Shown one piece after another: positions 8,090 through 16,240 of a stretch of 20,077 bases of DNA. Origin of the DNA: Candidatus Micrarchaeota archaeon. GTDB lineage: Archaea; Micrarchaeota; Micrarchaeia; Anstonellales; Anstonellaceae. A model generated the notes under the pieces. That model was not told the DNA's origin, did no database searches, and was given only the letters and a program-made list of their open reading frames with translations. Within the stretch, counting starts at the first letter, position 1. Each line of letters opens with the position of its first letter. Location: contig JBDRNY010000063.1 in the NCBI GenBank assembly GCA_043810635.1, positions 1 through 20,077 of the forward strand, written 5' to 3'. The position numbers and the translations under genes are program-made.

Positions 8090-8494
8090 ATGGAGCTTGT
8101 TGCAGACACAAATGTCGTTGTTTCAGCAGTCTTAAAGGCAGGGCTTACAAGAAATTTGCTTTTTAACAGCAGCCTTGATTTATGCTCTCCAGATTTTTTA
8201 TCACAAGAGCTTGAAAAGCATAAAGCAGAATTTGTCAAGAAATCCGGGTTGGAAGAAGATGATTATTTGGAAGCGGTAGATTTGGTTTTGTCAAATATAT
8301 TGCAAATATCTTTTTCAGATTACAGAAAATTTGAAGCAAAAGCAAAAGAATTTTCTCCTGATTTTGATGACTGGCCGTTTTTTGCAGTTGCATTATGCCA
8401 AAACTGTTCCATATGGAGCGATGACAAGCTATTGAAAAAGCAAAAAGAAATCAAAATCTATATTACAAAAGAAATACTTGAATATATACTGTAA
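8090..8494 (+). CDS. vapC: PIN-domain ribonuclease toxin (VapC family)
   Basis: MELVADTNVVVSA, SQEL, SPDFDDWPFFAVAL and IWSDDKLL supply the conserved PIN acidic residues. Confidence 0.9.
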   Translation: MELVADTNVVVSAVLKAGLTRNLLFNSSLDLCSPDFLSQELEKHKAEFVKKSGLEEDDYLEAVDLVLSNILQISFSDYRKFEAKAKEFSPDFDDWPFFAVALCQNCSIWSDDKLLKKQKEIKIYITKEILEYIL

Positions 8495-8522
8495 TTATTG
8501 CTCCAGGAAAAAGCCAGCTAAT

Positions 8523-8738
8523 TTAACCCAATACAGCCAAAAATGTCTGGGCCTGCCTGGCGCTTGCATATTCTGAGAATTTCATTACAAGCCCCTCATC
8601 ATGGCCTGTGCCGACAAGCTCCCATGATGCAAATGCAAGGCTTTGCTTTAATGCCTGAAACTGCTTTGCCTCTTTTTCAACATCCTTTACTTGCGCCGCT
8701 CTTGGTGCATGCGGCACCTCTGCCTGTGCTTTTGCCAT
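8523..8738 (-). CDS. Small hypothetical protein (71 aa)
   Basis: An ATG-initiated ORF fills the gap between vapC and the TPR gene. Ala/Lys/Glu-rich codon use resembles its neighbours, and an AT-rich TATA-like element lies about 25-30 nt upstream. No family recognised. Confidence 0.55.
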   Translation of the reverse strand: MAKAQAEVPHAPRAAQVKDVEKEAKQFQALKQSLAFASWELVGTGHDEGLVMKFSEYASARQAQTFLAVLG

Positions 8739-8791
8739 AGAATTAAGTTACGCGCACAAGCATTTTAATCCTTCTATTGCAAACAAATACT

Positions 8792-9328
8792 ATGACAGAC
8801 GAAAGAACCGACCATTTGATAGCAAAAACAGAATGCTATTTGGAGGAAAAAAAGAATAAAAAAGCCGCCCAGTCAGCAAAAGATTTGACTGAAATAGACC
8901 CTAAGGATGCTATTGTATGGTATGTGAAAGGCAAAGTGCATTATATGATGGACGAATTTGACGAAGCATTGTCAGCCCTTTCCCGCGCAGCAACAATTGA
9001 TGCAGAGCGCCCTGAAATATGGCTTGTAATGGGCTACACTCTTGTTGCATTAAGAAGATATGACGAGGCAAAGCAATCTTTGGAATATGTTGTTGCAGTG
9101 CAGCCCGGGCATGTTGAAGCAAACTCTGCAATGTGCATCCTCTCAATTATATTGGGCGATGGTTCTGCTGCAAAAGGGTATTTTGAAAAAGCAATGCAAT
9201 TAAACAAAAAAACAGCATCAAAAATGCTGAACTATTTTTACAAAAATTTCATTTCCCCCTCAAATGCTGTAAATGAAAAAACAAAAGAGGCAATAGAGGG
9301 GATGTTTAAGCAGGCAGGCATCAAGTAA
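8792..9328 (+). CDS. Tetratricopeptide repeat protein
   Basis: Three to four TPR-like motifs (AIVWYVKGKVHYMMDEFDEALSAL; PEIWLVMGYTLVALRRYDEAKQSL). ATG 8792 is preferred over TTG 8777. Confidence 0.85.
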   Translation: MTDERTDHLIAKTECYLEEKKNKKAAQSAKDLTEIDPKDAIVWYVKGKVHYMMDEFDEALSALSRAATIDAERPEIWLVMGYTLVALRRYDEAKQSLEYVVAVQPGHVEANSAMCILSIILGDGSAAKGYFEKAMQLNKKTASKMLNYFYKNFISPSNAVNEKTKEAIEGMFKQAGIK

Positions 9329-10586
9329 GCAGAATTTTCAGATAAAAGAAAGGATTTTCAAACTCTTTTTTCGCCTCCTCATTTGCCAAAGAAGCCGAGA
9401 GCAATTCCTTAATATCCTTGCTTGTTGCCGCCTTTTCAACCAGTTTATTCAGCAGCCACCTGAAATGCGTTCCCATCCACTGCATTTTGTAGCTTGTGCT
9501 TAATTCCTCCCCAAGCTCTTCCCAAACATTTTTCTCATATTCCTTAAGCCTCTCTTCCCCCAATTCCCCCTCGTCAATTGCTTTTGAAATTGTTTTTGCA
9601 GCCAATCTTCCGGCTGCGGTTGCATTTCCCACCCCTTCCCCTGAAAAAGGGTCTACCAAAGATGCCGCATCCCCTACAAGCACCCATCCTTCCCCTGCCA
9701 ATTTCCTTTTGTAAGAGCCGAAAGGAAGCCTCCACCCGGTCACTTTTCCCGCAGGCTTTGCATTCTTAAACCTCTCTTTTATAAGCGGCTCGTTTTTTAT
9801 CGCATCATTAAACATTTTCACAAGGTTTGTCCCTTCCGCAATCCTTTTTTTCAAATCTTTTGAAATAAGCCCCAAGCCGACATTTGCATACCCGTTTTCA
9901 AGCGGAAAAATCCAAAAATACCCCGGCAGGCAGGAATCAAAAAAATGTATTTCAATATTTTTTGTCATTTCTGTTATTCCCTTATAATAAACCCTTATTG
10001 CATCGCATGTATGCCTGTCATCTAATTTTGCATCCTCACCAAGCACCGAGCGGGCAACCATTGAATTTACCCCGTCAGCCCCCACAATTATTTTCCCCCT
10101 AAATTCCTTCTGCTTCCTCCCATCTTCAAAATCAATTCCCCTTACCCCGGCGGCTTTCCCCCCATCTATTATCACTTCGCTTACAAAAAAATTCTCCTTC
10201 ACTTCAACATTTGCAGTTTCCTTTGCGCACCTGAAAAGCATATTATCTGTATAAATTCTTCTTACACAATACCCCGTCCCCCCTTTTCTGTTCGGGTCAT
10301 TTTCAGGAAAATCCACATTTGCAACAGCGCCTGAAGGGGAGGATAATGTTACCCCCTTAATTTCGGCATGGGGCAATTTTTCAATATTCTCAACCAGCCC
10401 CAATTCCCTTATTACTTTCATGCATTTTCCGCTTACAGCATCCCCGCATGTCTTATCTCTGGGAAATTTTGCCTTGTCAATAAGCAATACTTTTTTCCCT
10501 TCTCTTCCCAAATAAGCCGCAGTGGTAGCGCCTCCGGGCCCCGCGCCCACAATTATAACATCAAAAGTATTTTCCACATCTATCAA
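9321..10586 (-). CDS. Geranylgeranyl reductase family FAD-dependent oxidoreductase
   Basis: GAGPGG FAD-binding motif, PRDKTCGDA, GADG, PGYFWIFP (the GGR PxxYxWxFP motif) and LVGDAASLVDPFSGEG. The start is TTG 10586 or GTG 10577. Confidence 0.9.
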   Translation of the reverse strand: MIDVENTFDVIIVGAGPGGATTAAYLGREGKKVLLIDKAKFPRDKTCGDAVSGKCMKVIRELGLVENIEKLPHAEIKGVTLSSPSGAVANVDFPENDPNRKGGTGYCVRRIYTDNMLFRCAKETANVEVKENFFVSEVIIDGGKAAGVRGIDFEDGRKQKEFRGKIIVGADGVNSMVARSVLGEDAKLDDRHTCDAIRVYYKGITEMTKNIEIHFFDSCLPGYFWIFPLENGYANVGLGLISKDLKKRIAEGTNLVKMFNDAIKNEPLIKERFKNAKPAGKVTGWRLPFGSYKRKLAGEGWVLVGDAASLVDPFSGEGVGNATAAGRLAAKTISKAIDEGELGEERLKEYEKNVWEELGEELSTSYKMQWMGTHFRWLLNKLVEKAATSKDIKELLSASLANEEAKKEFENPFFYLKILLT

Positions 10587-10589
10587 CCG

Positions 10590-10710
10590 TTTTTTTCAAA
10601 CAAGCATGCCAAACCCGCACACTTTCGCATCCATCATTTTTTTCAAATAAATATGCCAAACCACACTCTTACGCATCTTTCCTCCGTTTCGTTCAAACCA
10701 GCAAGCCAAA
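10590..10710. repeat. Degenerate direct repeat, period about 47-50 bp, about 2.5 copies
   Basis: TTCAAA-N7-GCCAAA starts at 10595, 10642 and 10692; CGCATC occurs at 10626 and 10672. Confidence 0.7.
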
Positions 10711-10765
10711 TTCTTATTTTAAATTCTCTATGAAGTTATAAAAATCCTGCGTGTTTTACCCTTTC

Positions 10766-11272
10766 ATGAAAAAAGCATTAAAAAGCATTCCTGCATGCAA
10801 GAAATGGCCCATCCTTCCCCAAAAAATTGTTAAAAAAACAATTGCAATAATCCTTTCCCTCCTCTCTGCAGTGGCAATTTCACTCTTAATATTCTCCTCC
10901 TTCATAGTTTCAATAATGGGTGCAACCGCCACCCTTGGAATGCTTCTCCTCATCCTCGGAATATCCAGCATCATCATTTATTCATACGAGCAGGCATATT
11001 TCAACCGCTATTTTTATGATTTGCAAAAAGACTATTTGGTAATAAAAAAAGGAGTATTTACATACGGTGAAACAACAATGCCGTATGCAAGAATACAAGA
11101 TGTTTATGTAGACCAGGACCCATTAGACCAATTATTCGGATTGTATGATTTGCACCTTGCAACAGCAAGCGGGCAGTCTTCCCTCACCGCGCACATAGAC
11201 GGCTTGAATTACGAAGGTTCAGAAGCGATAAAAAAAGAATTGCTAAAAAGGATGAGTTCGGGAAAAAGGTAA
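10766..11272 (+). CDS. Membrane protein with bacterial PH (bPH_2, YdbS-like) domain
   Basis: Two TM helices followed by YDLQKDYLVIKKGVFTYGETTMPYARIQDVYVDQDPLDQLFGLYDLHLATAS...IDGL. Confidence 0.85.
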   Translation: MKKALKSIPACKKWPILPQKIVKKTIAIILSLLSAVAISLLIFSSFIVSIMGATATLGMLLLILGISSIIIYSYEQAYFNRYFYDLQKDYLVIKKGVFTYGETTMPYARIQDVYVDQDPLDQLFGLYDLHLATASGQSSLTAHIDGLNYEGSEAIKKELLKRMSSGKR

Positions 11273-11343
11273 TCCATAACCCTTTTTAACCTCTTATTAT
11301 CATAATCTTTTTACTGAGTTTACTATAATTTAGGTGATATTTT

Positions 11344-11829
11344 ATGTCAGAAACAACAATTAATGCAATAATTGAGGGCGGCAAAGCATCTGCAGGCCCG
11401 CCTCTCGGCCCGGCATTAGGGCCAATGGGGATAAACATAGGGCAATTAATAGATGATTTAAACAAGCAAACTTCTGTATTTGCAGGAATTAAGGTGCCTG
11501 TAAAAGTAATTGTAAATAAAGAGGAAAAGAAATGGAGGTTTGAAATAGGCACTCCGGCAACAGGGGAGATGATAAAAAAAGAATTGGGAATTGAAAAAGG
11601 AAGAAAAGGCGGGGAAGGCGAAGATGCCCCTGTGGGAAATTTGGAATTTAAGCAGGTAATTAAAGTCGCAAAAGCAACTTCTTCTCTTGCAAAAGAAATA
11701 AAATCCCAAGTTTCTGAAGTGCTTGGCACATGCGTTTCATTAGGAGTGACAGTGGATAACAAAGACCCGAGGGAAATCAGAAAAAGCCTTATGGCCGGGG
11801 AATTTGATTCTCTTTTGGCTGGAAATTAA
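11344..11829 (+). CDS. rpl11: 50S ribosomal protein L11 (uL11), archaeal type
   Basis: GGKASAGPPLGPALGPMGINIG, KVPVKV and EVLGTCVSLGVTVDNKDPRE. SD AGGTGA at 11332-11337. Confidence 0.97.
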   Translation: MSETTINAIIEGGKASAGPPLGPALGPMGINIGQLIDDLNKQTSVFAGIKVPVKVIVNKEEKKWRFEIGTPATGEMIKKELGIEKGRKGGEGEDAPVGNLEFKQVIKVAKATSSLAKEIKSQVSEVLGTCVSLGVTVDNKDPREIRKSLMAGEFDSLLAGN

Positions 11830-11896
11830 TGCTCTGGGAAAAATAAAGAAAAAGCCTTATTAATGGCGGGCTTGATTTTCTTTTAGGTGCAAGCTA

Positions 11897-13615
11897 ATGG
11901 GCATAACAAAAAAATTATTTTTTTCAATTCTATCCCTATTCCTACTCCTCTCATTTTCATATGGGGGCATGAAATGGGAAGATTCCACCCACTTCTCTTC
12001 AAAAATAGTTTCAAAGCCGGTTTCTTATTCCAATTCAATATATGTATTAACAGAAGACGGAATTGTTTATTCTGTAGGCAGCACTGACGGCTATGCAAGG
12101 GTTGCATACTCCCTTGACGACCCTTCTAATGTGCCTATGATAACTGGAAGCAGGGCCCTTGTTTTTGGAAGCAATAACGGAAAAATAGACGCATATTCTT
12201 TGAAAAACGGGGAGCATCTATGGAGCTACCCTTCAAAGCCATTGTATATGCTTCCTTCAGAAGAAGAGGAAGAGCAGCTCCACCTAAAATATCTTGCCTA
12301 TTCTTCAGGAACGGTTTATGCAGTTTTTTCTGAAAAAATAATTGCATTGCATGAAGCAACCGGGCAGGAATTATTTACCAGAAGCCTGTATGACGGAAAA
12401 AGCGCATATGCTGATGACAAGAGGGTGTATGTTTCAGACGGCGCCAACCTCCATGCTTTTACAAAAGAAGGAAATCTGCTCTGGTCTGTTGTTACTGGGG
12501 AATTGTACAAAACCCACCCTGTTGCAGATGAAACCAACGGCCATGTTTATGTTGCTTCAACAAGCGGGCTTGTTATGGCATTCAGCTCTGCAAGCGGCCA
12601 GCTTCTTTGGAATTATCCTCTTGAAGGGTGGGCAATGTCAACTCCTGCAACCGACGGATTTACAGTTGTGTTTGGTTCAAATGACGGAAAGATAAGAGGG
12701 GTAAGTGCAACAAGCGGAAAATTGCTTTGGGAAACAGATGTGCAAGGTTCGGTATGGAGCGAGCCCGCATTGCTTACAAAAGAAGGGAAAACAATTGCAA
12801 TATTTGGCACAAACAACAATTCCCTTGTTGCAATCGATATTTCCAATGGAAATTTATTGTTTGACTACCAAACCACCAGCTGGGCAAACAGCCCCACAGT
12901 TTCCTCAGACGGGAGAACAATACTATTTTCAACAAGGGACAATTCCTTGTGGGCTGTCAATGCTTATCCGATATGCACAATAGACTACCCCCGCACAAAT
13001 GAAATAATTCCCCCAGAATTTGAATTAATAGGGCGCGCATTTTCATTCGGCGGAATAAATTCAGTCCAGCTTATAGTAAACCAAAAAACATACCCTCCCC
13101 TCACATTAAGAGGAGAATCTGAATTTACATATGAATTAGACCTTTCAAACGAGCCTATTGATATTGTGAGAATACAATGCCTTGCGCAAGACAGTAACGG
13201 ATTGGAAGAAACAGACCTTTGGGGCTCAAAATCCGAGCCAATACTTTCGCTTTCAGTGCCAAAATTAAACATGTCAATCACCCCCACACCCCCTTCCGCC
13301 GAACCTGGGGAGGAAATAACAGTTTATATAAGAAATGAAAACGGGTATGACATGGAAAACGTGCTTTTGGAATTCGGGGGCAAAAACCAGTCTGTTTCCT
13401 CACCAACAAAATTAACCGCGCCCGAGCAGGGGGGGGCATACACTTTAGTTGCAAGAAAAGCGCGCTACCACCCCGCCCAAACGCAAATTTATGTGCGCAC
13501 AGATTTGGGGGTGCTTCCGATTGCAGGATTGGTAATTTTAATTATATTTGCAATTGCGGCCTATTTTCTTTTTGCAAAAAAGAAAAAATTAGTGGAATTT
13601 AATATGAAAAATTAA
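11897..13615 (+). CDS. Secreted, C-terminally membrane-anchored PQQ-like (BamB-like) beta-propeller repeat protein with probable Ig-like domains
   Basis: Signal peptide; repeated motifs of the type GSNDGKIRGVSATSGKLLWET, SSASGQLLWNY and DISNGNLLFDY; beta-rich C-terminal half; TM helix followed by KKKK. Confidence 0.87.
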   Translation: MGITKKLFFSILSLFLLLSFSYGGMKWEDSTHFSSKIVSKPVSYSNSIYVLTEDGIVYSVGSTDGYARVAYSLDDPSNVPMITGSRALVFGSNNGKIDAYSLKNGEHLWSYPSKPLYMLPSEEEEEQLHLKYLAYSSGTVYAVFSEKIIALHEATGQELFTRSLYDGKSAYADDKRVYVSDGANLHAFTKEGNLLWSVVTGELYKTHPVADETNGHVYVASTSGLVMAFSSASGQLLWNYPLEGWAMSTPATDGFTVVFGSNDGKIRGVSATSGKLLWETDVQGSVWSEPALLTKEGKTIAIFGTNNNSLVAIDISNGNLLFDYQTTSWANSPTVSSDGRTILFSTRDNSLWAVNAYPICTIDYPRTNEIIPPEFELIGRAFSFGGINSVQLIVNQKTYPPLTLRGESEFTYELDLSNEPIDIVRIQCLAQDSNGLEETDLWGSKSEPILSLSVPKLNMSITPTPPSAEPGEEITVYIRNENGYDMENVLLEFGGKNQSVSSPTKLTAPEQGGAYTLVARKARYHPAQTQIYVRTDLGVLPIAGLVILIIFAIAAYFLFAKKKKLVEFNMKN

Positions 13616-14076
13616 TTTCTTTCCGCATCTTCCGCCTTTTGCCTCAATCTTATTGTATTTGCCTTAATTGTTACAGGGATAGGCACAGCCACTTCAGTCA
13701 ATTCCACAGTCAATTCATCCTTATTATCATCAATTCTAATTACCCTTGCCCTTTCCCCCTTGAACGGCCCTGAAATTAATTCAACAATATCCCCTTTTCG
13801 CACAACATGGGACATCGGCTTTGCCGCCGCAGCCATCATAGGTTCCAATTCCTTTAATGTAAGGGGCTTGTCCAGCACTCCTTTAATATGCGGAATTCTC
13901 ATGCCCGCATTTCTTACAGCCATTTCACTCTCGGCTTCAACTATCATATACCCCTTCATATCCTCGAAATGCACAATTGCGTAAATAGGTATTTTCTCGT
14001 TTTTCACTTTTTTGGAAAGCATTTCCATTACGATTCTTTCCTGCCCTGCTATTACCCGGTATGCATAAATAGGCAT
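13612..14076 (-). CDS. spt5: Transcription elongation factor Spt5 (NusG family)
   Basis: NGN domain (YRVIAGQE, KGYMIVEA) and KOW domain (KGDIVELISGPFKGERARVIRID, VPIPVT). Confidence 0.96.
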   Translation of the reverse strand: MPIYAYRVIAGQERIVMEMLSKKVKNEKIPIYAIVHFEDMKGYMIVEAESEMAVRNAGMRIPHIKGVLDKPLTLKELEPMMAAAAKPMSHVVRKGDIVELISGPFKGERARVIRIDDNKDELTVELTEVAVPIPVTIKANTIRLRQKAEDAERN

Positions 14077-14088
14077 AGTTTCAACCTC

Positions 14089-14259
14089 TTACAATTTATC
14101 AAATGCATTAAATATTGCGGAAAGAATCATTCCCGTAATACCTATAATTATTACTCCGACAATAGTGACTTTTGCCATTGTTTCAAATTCCTTTCTCCTG
14201 GGCCTTGTGGCAACCCTCAGCACTCTCACCATTTTTCGCAATTCATTTCCCAAATCCAT
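14089..14259 (-). CDS. secE: Protein translocase subunit SecE / Sec61-gamma (56 aa; not in the supplied ORF track)
   Basis: Manual translation gives MDLGNELRKMVRVLRVATRPRRKEFETMAKVTIVGVIIIGITGMILSAIFNAFDKL. It has the RVL...P...EF motif and one TM helix, in the canonical position between ftsZ and spt5. Confidence 0.93.
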   Translation of the reverse strand: MDLGNELRKMVRVLRVATRPRRKEFETMAKVTIVGVIIIGITGMILSAIFNAFDKL

Positions 14260-14272
14260 CCCGACTACCTGC

Positions 14273-15373
14273 TTAAGAAATTAAATCCAAATCCAAATTT
14301 TCAACGCTTACTGTCTGCCTTCTTTGCTGCAACTCATATTGCGGGAATTTTGTGCCTGCAATAACAACAAGCACCCGCACAGCAGACTTTTTCGCGCATT
14401 TTTCAACCCTGGCGCCCCATATAATATGGGCAGCCGGGTCAATCCTTTTCGCAACTTCAGAAACTATTAATTCCGCCTCCTTAAGCGTCATATCTTCCCC
14501 GCCGACAACATTTACCAATGCCCTTTGCGCGCTGGAAATATCCACATCCAGAAGAGGGGAGTTTAATGCCATTTCCACCCCTAGCATTGCCCTTTGCTCG
14601 CTTTTTGCTTCAACAGAAGATTCTCCCACTCCGACAACGGCGCATCCCGCGCCTGTTAAAATGGTTTTCAAATCAGCAAAATCCAAATTAACCAATCCCG
14701 CGCGAGTAATCAATTCTGCAATAGATTTTACAGCGCTTGCCAATACTTCATCACACACTTTAAATGCTGTATTCAAAGGCAAATCAGGCGCGATTGTGAG
14801 CAGTTTGTCATTTGGAATCACAACAACAGTATCTGCATGCTTTTTCAATTTGTCCAATCCTTCCAATGCATTCTGCATCCTTACTCTTCCCTCTGATTCA
14901 AAAGGAAGGGTAACAACAGCAACTGTCAGTGCGCCCGCGGCTTTTGCACTTTCTGCAATAACATGCGCAGAGCCTGTGCCGGTTCCTCCCCCCAATCCGC
15001 AGGTTATAAATATCATGCTTGCATTTTTGGTAATTTCCTTTATTTCATTTGCAGACTCTTTTGCAGCAGCTTCCCCCACCTGGGGGTTGGAGCCTGCGCC
15101 CAACCCTTTAGTTGTATTTTTTCCAAGCAATAATTTTTTATCAGCCCTCATTTTCACAAGGTGCCTTACATCAGTATTCATTGCAGCCAAATTTACCCCT
15201 TCAATTCCGATTTCGCTCATCCTTGTCAATGTATTGCACCCGGACCCTCCGGTGCCGACCACAAATATTTTCGGTTTGCTTTCTTCCAAAAATTTCAGCA
15301 ATTCCTCGTCTTCTTTTGAAATAATAACTTCCTTGGGAAGTTGTTCTGCAATCTCTTTTTCATCAAGCGCCAT
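14273..15373 (-). CDS. ftsZ: Cell division protein FtsZ (likely the FtsZ1 type, from its secE-spt5 linkage)
   Basis: VGTGGSGCN, NTD, GLGAGSNPQVGE, GLGGGTGTG signature and T7 loop NLDFADL. SD-like GAGGTG upstream. Confidence 0.98.
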   Translation of the reverse strand: MALDEKEIAEQLPKEVIISKEDEELLKFLEESKPKIFVVGTGGSGCNTLTRMSEIGIEGVNLAAMNTDVRHLVKMRADKKLLLGKNTTKGLGAGSNPQVGEAAAKESANEIKEITKNASMIFITCGLGGGTGTGSAHVIAESAKAAGALTVAVVTLPFESEGRVRMQNALEGLDKLKKHADTVVVIPNDKLLTIAPDLPLNTAFKVCDEVLASAVKSIAELITRAGLVNLDFADLKTILTGAGCAVVGVGESSVEAKSEQRAMLGVEMALNSPLLDVDISSAQRALVNVVGGEDMTLKEAELIVSEVAKRIDPAAHIIWGARVEKCAKKSAVRVLVVIAGTKFPQYELQQRRQTVSVENLDLDLIS

Positions 15374-15447
15374 CCTCGCACCTCAAAATTACATGCCATT
15401 CTATGGTACCCTAGGGGCATTTTTCATTTTCTCTTTCTCTCTCAATA

Positions 15448-15455
15448 TTTATATA
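15448..15455 (-). promoter_or_regulatory. Putative TATA box of the ftsZ-secE-spt5 operon
   Basis: TATATAAA on the minus strand, about 75 nt upstream of the ftsZ ATG. Confidence 0.45.
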
Positions 15456-15456
15456 G

Positions 15457-16080
15457 CTACTGGAAGGATTTAGGCCAAAGGTCCTTCATATCAATCTCAT
15501 TAAATTTTATTATGGTGCCACTAATCGGGAGCTTAAACTCAAAATCCTCAGGGGTTAAAGTAGCAGCTTCGAATATTCGTGATATCTGCACTTCTTTCAA
15601 AACTTTTCCATCCTTTGCAAGGGAGAAAACTATTGTTCCCTCTTTTCCTCCTCTAGGTTTAATTCCCCGCATTTCTAGTCCAAAATTGCTGCGAATTCGG
15701 CCTTTCTCCTGTAGCACTCTGTGCAGCTTTTCCAGCTCTTCTTCTTTTCCAAGTATTGCTATTGTCTCGCAAAGCCTTTCGCAATGTTTTGGATTTGAAA
15801 GCAATTTTCCGATATTTTCCTGCAGCCTTGCCTTATCCCTGCCTATATTATATTCTTTCATAAGGGATTTGCCTTCCTTTCCATGCACCAGCTCAAATTT
15901 CCAGAATTTATTTTTTTCACAATAAAAAGGCTTGCAATTATATTCAAATACAGCTTTCTCCAGGTTTTTGCCAATTATCCTTTTTGCCTTTCCATTCACC
16001 TTTTCTGCAATATACATTTTCCCTAAAATATTTGTCTGCAAGTAGCTAGGCACATATCCAGGTTTTTGCATCATAAACAT
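15457..16080 (-). CDS. Hypothetical protein (Lys/Glu-rich, about 207 aa)
   Basis: A long ORF co-oriented with ftsZ, with TATA-like TTATATATAAA about 15-25 nt upstream. No family recognised and the start is uncertain (16083, 16080 or 16074). Confidence 0.7.
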   Translation of the reverse strand: MFMMQKPGYVPSYLQTNILGKMYIAEKVNGKAKRIIGKNLEKAVFEYNCKPFYCEKNKFWKFELVHGKEGKSLMKEYNIGRDKARLQENIGKLLSNPKHCERLCETIAILGKEEELEKLHRVLQEKGRIRSNFGLEMRGIKPRGGKEGTIVFSLAKDGKVLKEVQISRIFEAATLTPEDFEFKLPISGTIIKFNEIDMKDLWPKSFQ

Positions 16081-16240
16081 CACATAAACATATTTATATA
16101 TAATTTAACACTTTAAAATACTTTCTCTTTCCCAAATAGGCATAAAAGAAGTGGTTATGCGCATATCTCATCCCTTCTTTTTATACCTTCCACATTATGC
16201 TATATATACTTCTTTTAACATTATATTATTCGGGAAATAT

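Noticed and set aside
3902..13436. Homopolymer runs (C7 at 3902, G7 at 7465, G8 at 13429) as phase-variation switches
   Set aside because: The runs are short, the reading frames are intact, and homopolymers are common throughout the window.
13888..14364. 158-aa plus-strand ORF over spt5, secE and ftsZ
   Set aside because: The minus strand is fully explained by spt5, secE and ftsZ.
14352..15473. 373-aa plus-strand ORF
   Set aside because: It is an antisense shadow of ftsZ, with no independent motifs.
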